From positions 12,318 to 76,317 of the IMG/VR virus record IMGVR_UViG_3300013132_000040: DNA of 64,000 nt; one strand, given 5' to 3'. Shown one piece after another: positions 20,728 to 30,202 of this stretch. The notes under the pieces were generated by a model. The model had not been told where the DNA came from, searched no databases, and saw only the letters and a list, made by a program, of their open reading frames with translations. Made by a program: the position numbers and the translations under genes. This stretch comes from a virus. How positions within the stretch are numbered: the stretch's first letter is position 1; every line of letters begins with the position of its first letter.

Positions 20728-22003
20728 CTCATTGTACTCCAAGATGGAGCATGCGCAACACAGGGGGCCCGCAACTAGCGATAATTATAATCAGCGCGTT
20801 GAAAGGGCGTATAGGGATCTCGTAATGCTGCTAAATAAAGTCGGTCTTGCAGATGAAGACGCAAGGCTTAGATTTGTTGCATTAGCAAAGAATCATTTTT
20901 CTTTAATGAAAACATTAGAAGAATTAAAAAGCCGTATTGTAGCACTAGAAGATGTTACTGAGCTTGAGTCTGGTGAAGAAATATCAAAATATAAACTTTT
21001 AACATTTTTTAATTCGTCATTAGATGAGTCATCACTTTTTGATAATACATCATTTGAAATAAACCAATCTAATAGGTGTTCAATTGATTCGCGACATGGT
21101 GTAATGACTCTTCCTAAAATTTTTTCTAGTTCAATTTCAAAACTTGGCTATAAAGACCAGTACAACAACTTTATATTGCCCCAATCTTTTGAGTCCCTCG
21201 CTTCGGGTGTTGCGGGGTCGGCTGATTCTGGTTCGGCCCTTATAAGCTCGTCAGATGTTTATAATAGCGTAAAAGACGAACCCGGAAAAGTTTGGGAGCG
21301 TAACGTTATAGTTAACACCGCTAACGTAAATGGCGCCAAGGTTAACTTATATTCCAAAGTTCCAGAAGATCTATCAGTTACAACCAAGGCTAATGCAATT
21401 GTGGTGCACCCTTACCCAATGATGGGTTGCGATTTGCTTGGTGTTTATACATCACAAAGGCAGGTAATTAACCTAAACGAAAACGACCAATATGTGCCTG
21501 TGAATTATCAAGACTTTTACGAATCTAACGCCGACTCTGTGGGGTGGATAGCTCCTGGGGCTTGGTCGGGTGACACCATCACCGCTTGTGGGCCAAAAAT
21601 ATTCTACTTTGACCCTAAAGAAGTAAATGCAATAAAAATTAGTTTAAGGCAAAATGATTATTATTTTGATAATAATAAGTATATATATAGTTATGGTTTG
21701 TCATTTTTAGACTTAAGGTATGATAAGTTTTTAACTACCGGAAAAATTATGTTGCGTTTTGATGCACCTACGGGTAAAACAATTAGCTCCATAGACAGTG
21801 TGCAGCCCAATATATATAATGTTTCAGAAGCAGAACTTCCATACGTTTTTTCTTATAGGGTTATTTGGGAAACTGCAGTTCCAGGTACGTACACATTAAC
21901 TCCAGTTCCATTTTCTAGTCACGTATGGATAGAGGTCTCATTGAATGAGACAATCCGTTACGGAACTCCATCTCTTTCTGGTCTGAAAGTAGAGTACAGT
22001 TAA
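20720..22003 (+). CDS. Putative virion structural protein
   Basis: Overlapping start with GGAG SD; C-terminal VWIEVSL...TPSLSGLKVEY similar to upstream genes. Confidence 0.55.
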   Translation: MSDSLYSKMEHAQHRGPATSDNYNQRVERAYRDLVMLLNKVGLADEDARLRFVALAKNHFSLMKTLEELKSRIVALEDVTELESGEEISKYKLLTFFNSSLDESSLFDNTSFEINQSNRCSIDSRHGVMTLPKIFSSSISKLGYKDQYNNFILPQSFESLASGVAGSADSGSALISSSDVYNSVKDEPGKVWERNVIVNTANVNGAKVNLYSKVPEDLSVTTKANAIVVHPYPMMGCDLLGVYTSQRQVINLNENDQYVPVNYQDFYESNADSVGWIAPGAWSGDTITACGPKIFYFDPKEVNAIKISLRQNDYYFDNNKYIYSYGLSFLDLRYDKFLTTGKIMLRFDAPTGKTISSIDSVQPNIYNVSEAELPYVFSYRVIWETAVPGTYTLTPVPFSSHVWIEVSLNETIRYGTPSLSGLKVEYS

Positions 22004-22010
22004 TAACTTG

Positions 22011-22085
22011 TTACTATAACCATAGAGGATATGGGCCAGGGTAGTGCAGTTCCTTCCTTAGGGCCTTATAGTTACCCATATCCTC
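22011..22085 (+). promoter_or_regulatory. Candidate phage promoter TTACTATA followed by an 11-bp 5' stem-loop
   Basis: TTACTATA at 22011-22018; perfect inverted repeat GAGGATATGGG (22025-35) / CCCATATCCTC (22075-85); AGGAG SD before ATG 22120. Confidence 0.45.
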
Positions 22086-22119
22086 ATTATTATTTCTACA
22101 TCTACAGGAGACAGCAAAT

Positions 22120-22734
22120 ATGGCAATATTCTACGTAGGCCCCAGAAGAGTCCTAAAAGGCCGCAATACGAACAATATGGTCAACCCATATAAGGGGACT
22201 GCTGGTACATATTCTTACTATCCACTTTTCAGTACCGATCATGTACTTGATGGTGCGCCAAACACTAACTATGTACCAGGTTCTGGTGCGCATCCTCATG
22301 GACTGAAACTGAGTAGGGTATTTACCGGTTTAGAGGATAATATCCAGCCACTGAAGTCGGCGGGGGCGGGGCAGAGAATTGACGGGATGAGATTCCGTCC
22401 ATTTGAAAACCGCTCTACCACAGGTGCTGTAGTTTTTGACTCTTCCTTTGGCCACCAAATTAGGGACACTGAGTACTCGTTCAATCGTAGGTACGAGCAC
22501 ACGTACAAGTTCCAGAGGATGTCAAATCCTGGTCACGGAATTCGCTACACAGACGCCGCAGGTACAGCTGATTCCTTTGGTGCTTTTGGTCCATTGGTTC
22601 GCAAAGGTGTTGGAGATCCCGCTTTTGCTTCGGACTTCGGCCAAACAGTGCCCGCCGGCTACGACAATGAATACGGAAGAAACCGCGTAAATGAATGGCG
22701 TGGTGTTCCTGCTGGAAAAGCTTTGGACGTGTGA
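22120..22734 (+). CDS. Hypothetical Gly/aromatic-rich protein (possibly virion-associated)
   Basis: 204-aa ORF with strong AGGAG SD. Confidence 0.65.
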   Translation: MAIFYVGPRRVLKGRNTNNMVNPYKGTAGTYSYYPLFSTDHVLDGAPNTNYVPGSGAHPHGLKLSRVFTGLEDNIQPLKSAGAGQRIDGMRFRPFENRSTTGAVVFDSSFGHQIRDTEYSFNRRYEHTYKFQRMSNPGHGIRYTDAAGTADSFGAFGPLVRKGVGDPAFASDFGQTVPAGYDNEYGRNRVNEWRGVPAGKALDV

Positions 22735-22746
22735 TATAATATTCAC
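22732..22746 (+). promoter_or_regulatory. Extended -10 promoter TGATATAAT, probably producing a leaderless mRNA
   Basis: TGnTATAAT ends 6 nt before ATG 22747; no SD. Confidence 0.55.
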
Positions 22747-23019
22747 ATGGCAAGAGAAACATTACCAGCAGAAATAGCTTGGATTGGTTTAGTAACCTAT
22801 GTTTCTGTAGTGGACAGTTATCTGCTAGCTACAGATAAAGAGCCAATGACCAGTGCGTGGAGAAAAGCTTTGCAGCATCCTTTAAACCGCTGGTTAGTTA
22901 TATTAGCTTGGGTTTTTACCACTAAGCATTTATTTTTTGGTAACGTCTTGCCAAAGATAGATCCATTTCGAGCTTTGGTTAGTATAGCTCGTTTTACGAA
23001 TAGAATCCTAGGAGGATAA
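22747..23019 (+). CDS. Small membrane protein
   Basis: Two hydrophobic segments. Confidence 0.6.
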   Translation: MARETLPAEIAWIGLVTYVSVVDSYLLATDKEPMTSAWRKALQHPLNRWLVILAWVFTTKHLFFGNVLPKIDPFRALVSIARFTNRILGG

Positions 23020-23334
23020 ATGACGGTAGATGTTGGTCTACTAGAAATTGCAGTATCAATCGTACTTCCACTTGTGGTTGGCATTGTTGTTAAGCAGGTT
23101 GCACATCCAGCTGTTAAATCTATTACTTTGGCCTTTTTGTCTGCCGTAACGGCGATTGCCGCAACGGGACTTGGTTCTAATGGCGAGATTGGCACAAGCA
23201 CAGTGGCTCAGGCAGTGCTAAGCTTTATTATCGCAGTTGGAGCTTATTACGGTCTTTGGAAGCCTACAGGTGTTGCTGAGACAGTAAATGCTGCAACAGG
23301 TAATTTTGGGATTACACTCAAAAAGGAATCCTGA
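23020..23334 (+). CDS. Holin-like three-TM membrane protein
   Basis: Three hydrophobic helices and a YYGLWKPTGV motif recalled from actinophage holin-like proteins; AGGAGG SD. Confidence 0.55.
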   Translation: MTVDVGLLEIAVSIVLPLVVGIVVKQVAHPAVKSITLAFLSAVTAIAATGLGSNGEIGTSTVAQAVLSFIIAVGAYYGLWKPTGVAETVNAATGNFGITLKKES

Positions 23335-23337
23335 TAT

Positions 23338-23375
23338 TTGAGTTTAATGCAGAATTTATGTTAAAATAAACTCTG
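23338..23375 (+). promoter_or_regulatory. Sigma70-type promoter overlapped by a palindrome
   Basis: TTGAGT-18nt-TAAAAT with TG; CAGAATTTAT-6nt-ATAAACTCTG inverted repeat (1 mismatch). Confidence 0.45.
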
Positions 23376-23401
23376 TGTTGGTGTTTTGATTCACATAATA
23401 G

Positions 23402-23440
23402 TTACGGTCCTATCGACTGCGGTAGGGCCGTAATTTATTC
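23402..23440 (+). terminator. Stem-loop, probable terminator
   Basis: TTACGGTCCTA...TAGGGCCGTAA followed by TTTATT. Confidence 0.5.
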
Positions 23441-23489
23441 TAAGAGTAATTTTTGATAAGTTATAATACGTTTTGATGGAGTTATAAGA

Positions 23490-24179
23490 GTGTCATTGCA
23501 ACTTGATCCCCAAAATCAAGAAATCACTAAAGAAATAGCTATTAAATACTTGAATCTTTATGTGGGGGAATCAGACTGGGGCCGACATATAGATGCCTTA
23601 TGGTTTAGGCTTTTAAAGAGGCATGGCGAAGAAGCGGCCAAAACCTTATTAAAAAAGACGATCGCTTGCGCAACACTCCTCCCTGTATATGACAGGACAA
23701 AAATACCAGACAACCCAGAGAATCTTCTTTTTTGGTGTCCGTCGTATCAGCAATTCAATGACGAGGATTGGACCAGCAAGTTCTTGGCGGTTATTCAAAG
23801 GGACGAAGAAATAGAGTCGTGGAGACTTGATTGTCAAAGGCTGGGGGTTGTGTATCCTATTGTTTACGCTCCTTGGCCAAGGCAAGCTTTTAATTGGTTA
23901 TTTAAAGCAGCTGAAGAATCAGGTCATGTCAACGATAGTAATAAAAACTTAATTGAAAAAAGATTTGAAAGATTAGTTCTCACTTACGGTGGACTAGTCA
24001 TATGTCATATTTTTCAAAAAGAGGAATATAAAATTAAGAAGAAAGTCCTTAATTGGAGAACTGGTTATTTTTTTGAGAGATTAATTTTCGAAATATATTC
24101 AATTGATCAGGTTTTGAAGATTAAGAAACAAGAATTATTAAAAACAAATAAGACGCTAGTTAAACAGATACAAAATTAG
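23490..24179 (+). CDS. Hypothetical protein
   Basis: 229-aa ORF, GTG start after GGAG; TATAAT at 23462. Confidence 0.65.
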   Translation: MSLQLDPQNQEITKEIAIKYLNLYVGESDWGRHIDALWFRLLKRHGEEAAKTLLKKTIACATLLPVYDRTKIPDNPENLLFWCPSYQQFNDEDWTSKFLAVIQRDEEIESWRLDCQRLGVVYPIVYAPWPRQAFNWLFKAAEESGHVNDSNKNLIEKRFERLVLTYGGLVICHIFQKEEYKIKKKVLNWRTGYFFERLIFEIYSIDQVLKIKKQELLKTNKTLVKQIQN

Positions 24180-24191
24180 GAGAACCGCATT

Positions 24192-27100
24192 ATGTCTGTC
24201 AATCCACCGTACCTTTCTTTCAAGTTGCCAGAGGAGTTTATAAAAGACTACAAAAAGAAGACCGTTCCATGGGGTTTTCCAATTGGTTCTGGTAACTCGT
24301 TGGGTGAGTTAACTTTCTTAACTAAATACAGCAGAAGAAAGGCCGATGGGGGTAAAGAGCGCTGGTGGGAAACTTGCGAGCGTGTTATAGAGGGTATGTT
24401 TTCTATACAAAAGGATTGGTGCAAGTCCAATAGGCTTCCCTGGAATGAGAGGAAGGCTCAAGCTACCGCCCAAGATGCGTACGATCGTTTGTTTAATGGT
24501 AAGTGGACGCCACCAGGTAGGGGTTTGTGGATGATGGGGACCGAGTTTGTAAACGGTCAAAAGAACTCCGCAGCATTGCAAAACTGCAGTTTTTTATCGA
24601 CAGAAAGCATTTCTTCAAGAAGCGTACATGAGGCTGTATGGCCTTTTGTTAGGCTTATGGAAATGTCAATGCTTGGTGTCGGTGTGGGTTTTGATACGAA
24701 GGGCGCAGGAAAGCTTGAGATACATCAGCCCCTTAAAGAAGTAAAAACCTTTATTATACCGGATTCGCGAGAGGGGTGGTATGAGTCGGTATCTTTGCTT
24801 TTGGAGTCTTATTTCTTCGCGAACAGGCATAGTGTAGAGTTTGATTACGGCAAGATACGCCCTTCTGGTCAGCCGATCAAGGGTTTTGGCGGCGTTGCCG
24901 CCGGTCCCGGCCCCCTTATGGATCTGCATAAGTCGCTAAAAGAGCAGTTTGAAGGTAGGTTTGGTGAAAGAATTTCTTCTACTGATATTGTCGATATACA
25001 GAATAAGATCGGCAAATGCGTAGTTGCCGGAAATGTTAGGCGCTCAGCTGAAATTGCGTTAGGTGATTTAAACGACCAAGATTTTCTTGACCTAAAAAAC
25101 TGGGAAGTAAACCCTGAACGTATGGGCGCAAATGGTTGGGGTCATACCAGTAATAATTCAATTGTTGCCAGCGTTGGTGATAACTTTGATAATATTGCAG
25201 GCCGAATTGCGGACAACGGGGAGCCGGGAATTATCTGGCTCGATCTTTGCCGCGAGTACGGGAGGCTCGTTGATACCCCAAACAATAAGGACTGGAGGGC
25301 AGCGGGCACAAACCCTTGCGTAACATCAGATACGTGGGTCTTGACTTCTGATGGCCCTAGGATGGTAGAAGATCTTATTGGTTATTCGCCGGATATCATA
25401 GTGGATGGGAAGGCCTATAGCCCAGTTTCTGATGGGTTTTTCAGTACTGGAATTAGGGACGTTTTCGAAATTGTAACCAACAAAGGTTACCGGGTTAAGG
25501 TTACCGAAGAGCACCCAATTATGACCCCAAATGGGTGGGTGGAAGCAAAAGACCTTAAGTTAGGTGATTCTATCGTCCTACATAACCATGGTAACTTCTC
25601 TTGGGATGGTGCCGGAGATAATGGAGACGGTTATCTGCTTGGTCTACTCATTGGGGACGGAACCTACATGGGCTACAGGGATAGGGCTACCCTATGTACA
25701 TGGGGGGATGACGGTGTCGAGTCAGTTCGTGACTACGCTTATAAAGCCCTTTCTAGGTATGACGCCCGATCAGACTGGGGTGGGTGGTCAGGGCCATTTG
25801 GTAATGGGTGGTACCGCATGTCCAATGTCGCCTTGACGCAATTGGCTTCGAGGTTTGGGGTGACAGCGGACTCCAAAACCGTCACTAGGCAGATTGAAGA
25901 GGCTTCATCCTCATTTTACGAAGGCTTTCTTTCGGGACTCTTCGATGCTGACGGCCACGTAGAGGGGAGTAAGGAGAAAGGTGTGACTATAAGACTTTCT
26001 TCTGTAGATTACGATATGATCCTGTCTGTCCAAAGAATGCTTTCTCGCCTTGGGATTATGTCTTCCGTTCATTGGACTGATCGTAAAACGGATTTTGGGA
26101 AGACAGATGGTTTTTGGAGGTTAATTATTTCATCCGAAAGTTCTGAAAGGTTCATGGGTCGTGTTGGATTCGTTGACTCTGATAAGTCACAAAAGTGGCA
26201 TAATCTCTCCGAAGGGGTGAATCATTACAATAAACCGTTCCAGGCCGATGTTGTCGAAATAAACCACCTGGGTCAATACGAGACTTTTGATATCACGGTA
26301 GAACATATCCACGCTTTCGACGCCAATGGAATTTATGTATCAAACTGTTCCGAGCAGACTCTTGAATCCGGTGAATGCTGTACTCTTGTGGAAAACTTTA
26401 TTTCCAGGCACGATTCACTTGAGGATTTCCAAAAGACCCTTAAAGTTTCTTATTTATACGCCAAATCAGTAACCCTACTCCCAACGCATTGGCCCGAAAC
26501 AAATGCCATTATGCAAAGAAACAGAAGAATAGGATGCTCTGTATCAGGACTCGCTCATTTTGCTGAGATGAATGGGTGGACAGATTTACGCAGATGGTTG
26601 GATAATGGTTACGACTACATTCAGGCTTTAGACACCAAGTATTCTGAGTGGTTGGGTTGTAGGCTATCTATTAAGACGACTTCGGTAAAACCATCTGGAA
26701 CAGTTTCGCTGCTTTTTGGTGTTACGCCAGGCGTTCATTGGCCAACGGCCGATGTATATATTCGTAGGATGCGATTAGCCGCAAACGATCCGCTCTTGGA
26801 TGCGCTACGTTTAGCTGGTTACCATACAGAGCCCGACGTCATGGATCCAACTCACAGCGTTGTTGTAGAACTACCAACTGTTGGTCCCGATGTTCGAACT
26901 GAGCGTGAAGTTTCCATGTGGGAAAAGACTGCATTAGCAATTCTCGCCCAAAGGTACTGGGCTGATAACCAGGTTTCTGTCACGGTGACTTTTAAAGAAG
27001 ATGAAAAATCTCAGATTGGAGCTTTACTGCGCTCAATAGACGGACAATTAAAGTCAGTGTCAATGCTCCCATTGCTCGAAGTCGGGGGCGCTTACAAACA

Positions 27101-27245
27101 AATGCCTTACGAGAGAATTGACCTTGAGGAATGGGAAAATCAGGTAGAAAAAGTGAAGCGTATTGATTGGGCAGATTATTACAAGGGAAATTCTTTTGAC
27201 GCAGAAGGCGAAAAGTTTTGCTCAAACGATACCTGTGAGATATAA
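24192..27245 (+). CDS. nrdJ: Class II (adenosylcobalamin-dependent, monomeric RTPR-type) ribonucleotide reductase containing an intein
   Basis: PPGRGLW, ALQNC, GVGVGFD, VVAGNVRRSAEI, NP|C-S-E, ECCTL, RNRRIG, TSVKPSGTVS, C-terminal EKFCSNDTC. Confidence 0.95.
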   Translation: MSVNPPYLSFKLPEEFIKDYKKKTVPWGFPIGSGNSLGELTFLTKYSRRKADGGKERWWETCERVIEGMFSIQKDWCKSNRLPWNERKAQATAQDAYDRLFNGKWTPPGRGLWMMGTEFVNGQKNSAALQNCSFLSTESISSRSVHEAVWPFVRLMEMSMLGVGVGFDTKGAGKLEIHQPLKEVKTFIIPDSREGWYESVSLLLESYFFANRHSVEFDYGKIRPSGQPIKGFGGVAAGPGPLMDLHKSLKEQFEGRFGERISSTDIVDIQNKIGKCVVAGNVRRSAEIALGDLNDQDFLDLKNWEVNPERMGANGWGHTSNNSIVASVGDNFDNIAGRIADNGEPGIIWLDLCREYGRLVDTPNNKDWRAAGTNPCVTSDTWVLTSDGPRMVEDLIGYSPDIIVDGKAYSPVSDGFFSTGIRDVFEIVTNKGYRVKVTEEHPIMTPNGWVEAKDLKLGDSIVLHNHGNFSWDGAGDNGDGYLLGLLIGDGTYMGYRDRATLCTWGDDGVESVRDYAYKALSRYDARSDWGGWSGPFGNGWYRMSNVALTQLASRFGVTADSKTVTRQIEEASSSFYEGFLSGLFDADGHVEGSKEKGVTIRLSSVDYDMILSVQRMLSRLGIMSSVHWTDRKTDFGKTDGFWRLIISSESSERFMGRVGFVDSDKSQKWHNLSEGVNHYNKPFQADVVEINHLGQYETFDITVEHIHAFDANGIYVSNCSEQTLESGECCTLVENFISRHDSLEDFQKTLKVSYLYAKSVTLLPTHWPETNAIMQRNRRIGCSVSGLAHFAEMNGWTDLRRWLDNGYDYIQALDTKYSEWLGCRLSIKTTSVKPSGTVSLLFGVTPGVHWPTADVYIRRMRLAANDPLLDALRLAGYHTEPDVMDPTHSVVVELPTVGPDVRTEREVSMWEKTALAILAQRYWADNQVSVTVTFKEDEKSQIGALLRSIDGQLKSVSMLPLLEVGGAYKQMPYERIDLEEWENQVEKVKRIDWADYYKGNSFDAEGEKFCSNDTCEI
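25317..26345 (+). mobile_element. Intein (343 aa) with LAGLIDADG homing endonuclease at the RNR active site
   Basis: Begins CVTSDTWV, block B VTEEHPI, YLLGLLIGDG and FLSGLFDADG, block F TFDITV, ends GIYVSN before extein Cys; excision restores NPCSEQ. Confidence 0.93.
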
Positions 27246-27255
27246 TAGATATTTA

Positions 27256-27603
27256 ATGGCAGAGTCAGAAGAGTTCGATTCAAAATTCCAAGAAATTATA
27301 AGTCAAGAGAGTTTTGAAGAACCAAACTTACAAAAAATTGCATTACATGAAATATCGGATACGTTATCTAGTGTGACGTTCCTATGTGCCCAGTTGTCTC
27401 ACCTTATGAGCGAGGTGATTACAAGCATGGATGTTGAGTTAACGCCGGCTTTTATGGATTTACTGATGAATGTTAAGGCAACTTCCGATAAGTTTAATGA
27501 CGATATACAGATAGACATAGTGTTTAATGACGACCTTGAAGATGAAGATGACGATGAAGATATTGAAGGCGAAGACGAAGAGGAATTTGACGAAGAAGAC
27601 TGA
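27256..27603 (+). CDS. Hypothetical protein with a highly acidic C-terminal tail
   Basis: ATG 27256 downstream of TATAAT (27241); tail DDLEDEDDDEDIEGEDEEEFDEED. Confidence 0.65.
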   Translation: MAESEEFDSKFQEIISQESFEEPNLQKIALHEISDTLSSVTFLCAQLSHLMSEVITSMDVELTPAFMDLLMNVKATSDKFNDDIQIDIVFNDDLEDEDDDEDIEGEDEEEFDEED

Positions 27604-28297
27604 TATTTTACCCGTGCTTTCAAACGGCTATGTTCGGTTGGTTGACACGATGGGCTCAGACCTATCTGTTGTGAACGCGGCTCGGGCGTCATACCAAAAG
27701 GAAAGCGGTGAACTTGACGATAAAGATATTCGTCTAATAAAATTCCTTGCGCGAGAAGGACATTGGTCTCCGTTTCGTCATGCTTTTATGACATTTGAGT
27801 TTAAAACGCCATTAATGGTTGCTAGGCAACACTGGAAATACGTTGTTGGTTCTGATCATACTATGGATTCCTGGAATGAATCCAGTAGGAGATATGTAAC
27901 TAGCGATCCTGACTTTTACATACCATCCGGTGATCAGTGGAGATTGGCTCCCGAAAACCTTAAGCAGGGCTCTGGCGACTTTTTAGATGGTCAAACTGGA
28001 TCTGTTTTATCGGCGAAGTTGATGGAAACAATAGAGCAATGCGTTTCAAATTATGAAATGGCCATGAACGAGATTGGTGTGGCACCGGAGCAGGCAAGAC
28101 TTTTCCTTCCTGCTTACAGTATGAATGTATTATATAGGTGGTCCTGTAGTTTGCAGTCGGTTGGGTTGTTCCTAAAGCAGCGCTTACATGATACAGCTCA
28201 GTATGAAATAAGCGAATATGCGAAAGCGGTTTTGCAGCTCATAGAACCATCTTTTCCGTATTCTATAAAAGCAATAATGGAGAATCTAGATGGTTGA
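27587..28297 (+). CDS. thyX: Flavin-dependent thymidylate synthase
   Basis: MGSDLSVVNAARASY, GHWSPFRH, ARQHWKY...WNESSRRY, APEQARLFLP, AQYEI; probable TTG start after GAGGA. Confidence 0.93.
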   Translation: MTKKTDILPVLSNGYVRLVDTMGSDLSVVNAARASYQKESGELDDKDIRLIKFLAREGHWSPFRHAFMTFEFKTPLMVARQHWKYVVGSDHTMDSWNESSRRYVTSDPDFYIPSGDQWRLAPENLKQGSGDFLDGQTGSVLSAKLMETIEQCVSNYEMAMNEIGVAPEQARLFLPAYSMNVLYRWSCSLQSVGLFLKQRLHDTAQYEISEYAKAVLQLIEPSFPYSIKAIMENLDG

Positions 28298-28460
28298 TGT
28301 ACTTGGTTATTTTTTTGCTGCCTTTTTTGCTGTCTGGGGAGTTATCGTAATAGTTAACACCAAAGAAGTAGCTGACACGGTAATGTTGAGGGTAATATCG
28401 TTATTTGTTGCAATATGCATGTTTGCCATGTCTGGAGCGGTATTAAATGCCATTATTTAG
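28290..28460 (+). CDS. Small two-TM membrane protein (56 aa, not in ORF track)
   Basis: MVDVLGYFFAAFFAVWGVIVIV...VISLFVAICMFAMSGAVLNAII; overlaps both neighbours; GGAG SD. Confidence 0.55.
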   Translation: MVDVLGYFFAAFFAVWGVIVIVNTKEVADTVMLRVISLFVAICMFAMSGAVLNAII

Positions 28461-28917
28461 TCGTAAAGACGTTCAGTTTATTAAACTTTGTGAAATTGGT
28501 TCATTTATTTTCTCTACTTGTGGTAAGAAAAAGTATATGGCAATTTTAACAGACGATGATTACCTCGTAGTCGGGTTTGGCTACAACGGTGGTGCACCGG
28601 GTTCTGTCCACTGCGAAGACGGCGGATGCCCAAGGTTGGAACAAGGTTCGGAAAGCGGATCCGTATACGATAACTGTATAGCAGTCCACGCTGAACAAAA
28701 TGCTTTTCTTCATTCGGATTATACTTCAAAACCAACAAAACTTTTTGTCAATGGCCCTCCATGCTTTACGTGTGCTAAAATTATTGTTAATAGTTCTGTA
28801 AAAAAAGTTTTCTATATAAGAGACGAGTCTTACTCGCAATGGGCAGAGATATCAGGTTTTATGAATAGCCATGGTGTAGAGACGCTAGGTTTTGCCAATG
28901 CCGGCCCAAAAAATTAA
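28447..28917 (+). CDS. dCMP deaminase (ComEB-like)
   Basis: GYNG, HAEQNA and PCFTC zinc-deaminase motifs. Confidence 0.9.
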   Translation: MPLFSRKDVQFIKLCEIGSFIFSTCGKKKYMAILTDDDYLVVGFGYNGGAPGSVHCEDGGCPRLEQGSESGSVYDNCIAVHAEQNAFLHSDYTSKPTKLFVNGPPCFTCAKIIVNSSVKKVFYIRDESYSQWAEISGFMNSHGVETLGFANAGPKN

Positions 28918-29155
28918 TTATTTAGTGCTATATCCGCATGATGCGCAGGTATACGGATGTTCCAGTCGTGATATTGCTATGCAATCTCCGCCACCAGAAG
29001 GTTTTACTATAGAAGATAAGCTTGTTTTTTTTGTATCAATGGAACCAGAAAATGGAAACTTAGTTTGGTATCAAATACCAAAAGAAGAAGTAGTGAACGC
29101 GGAGATCGTGTATCCAAAGTCGGCACAAAAAAAGAAAGAGAAAAATGCCAGCTAA
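28898..29155 (+). CDS. Hypothetical protein
   Basis: Coupled ORF in the operon. Confidence 0.55.
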   Translation: MPAQKINYLVLYPHDAQVYGCSSRDIAMQSPPPEGFTIEDKLVFFVSMEPENGNLVWYQIPKEEVVNAEIVYPKSAQKKKEKNAS

Positions 29156-29366
29156 AGTAAAAATCAACTTAGAAAATGGTCAATCATATGTGATTGCCGA
29201 TATGAGCACTTGGGTTGACTTGTCTTATGCAATAAATTCAATGGCCGAACAGTGGCCAAAAGATGCTGAGGAATATTCATTGTGGATTAAATTTCTTGAC
29301 CTCTTTGAATCCCAGTATTTAGGAAATCTTTTTGAAGAACCTTACGAAGATGATGGTTGGAGTTAG
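29145..29366 (+). CDS. Hypothetical acidic protein
   Basis: Coupled ORF in the operon. Confidence 0.55.
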   Translation: MPAKVKINLENGQSYVIADMSTWVDLSYAINSMAEQWPKDAEEYSLWIKFLDLFESQYLGNLFEEPYEDDGWS

Positions 29367-29374
29367 GTTTTTTT

Positions 29375-30202
29375 ATGATTGATTTGTGTATTGTTTCTTA
29401 TAATACAAAAGACAAATTAAAAAGATTGATTGATACTTTAGCGTCTGATTATAAAGCAGACATGTTTAATCTTTATGTCCTTGACAATAACTCTACGGAT
29501 GGTTCGCAAGATTATTTGACAAGCGTTGTGAAGCCTTTGAATTGGCCGGGTGAAATTATATTAAGTTCTTTTAATTACGGCTATTCTTTCGCGTGTAACC
29601 TTCTAGCTTCGCGCGGCAAAGCAAACTTAATAGGACTACTTAATGCTGACGTTTGGTTAAGGACGCAGGATATAAATACTATTGAGAGCAGGATTTACGA
29701 ATTAGACGCAGATATATATGGACCAAAACAAAGAAATGAAATGGGGTATATAACGCATGCGGGAATATTTGGCAGCAATACCCACCCACAACACCGGGGT
29801 TGGAAGGCGCCAGATCCAGAAGATAGGCTTTTTAGAGACACCTTAGACGCAGTTACAGTATCTGGATCCGCCTATTTCGTTAAGAGGACTGCATGGGAAA
29901 ATCTGACTTACGATCCCGAGTATATTAACCTTTTGGGTCATTTAGTTGGTACGAACAAAATACCTTTGTGGTCTATTCTTTCTGATGGCGCATTTCTGCC
30001 GACACCTCACTACTATGAGGAAACTTGGTGCTCCTATTACGCAAGACATAGGGGTTATAGTGTTGTTTATGATGGCTATGTTTCTATAGGGCATAGCTGG
30101 CATGCGTCATCGGAGATTGGTGGGGAGCAAGATTCTAAGTTTAGTATTAGTCAGTCAATATTTAGGGAGTCCTGCGACTACATGGGGATTCCAAGGGATT
30201 AA
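29375..30202 (+). CDS. GT2-family glycosyltransferase (rhamnosyltransferase-like)
   Basis: IVSYN, DNNSTDGS, NYGYSFACN, LLNAD, VSGSAYF, HYYEET. Confidence 0.88.
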   Translation: MIDLCIVSYNTKDKLKRLIDTLASDYKADMFNLYVLDNNSTDGSQDYLTSVVKPLNWPGEIILSSFNYGYSFACNLLASRGKANLIGLLNADVWLRTQDINTIESRIYELDADIYGPKQRNEMGYITHAGIFGSNTHPQHRGWKAPDPEDRLFRDTLDAVTVSGSAYFVKRTAWENLTYDPEYINLLGHLVGTNKIPLWSILSDGAFLPTPHYYEETWCSYYARHRGYSVVYDGYVSIGHSWHASSEIGGEQDSKFSISQSIFRESCDYMGIPRD

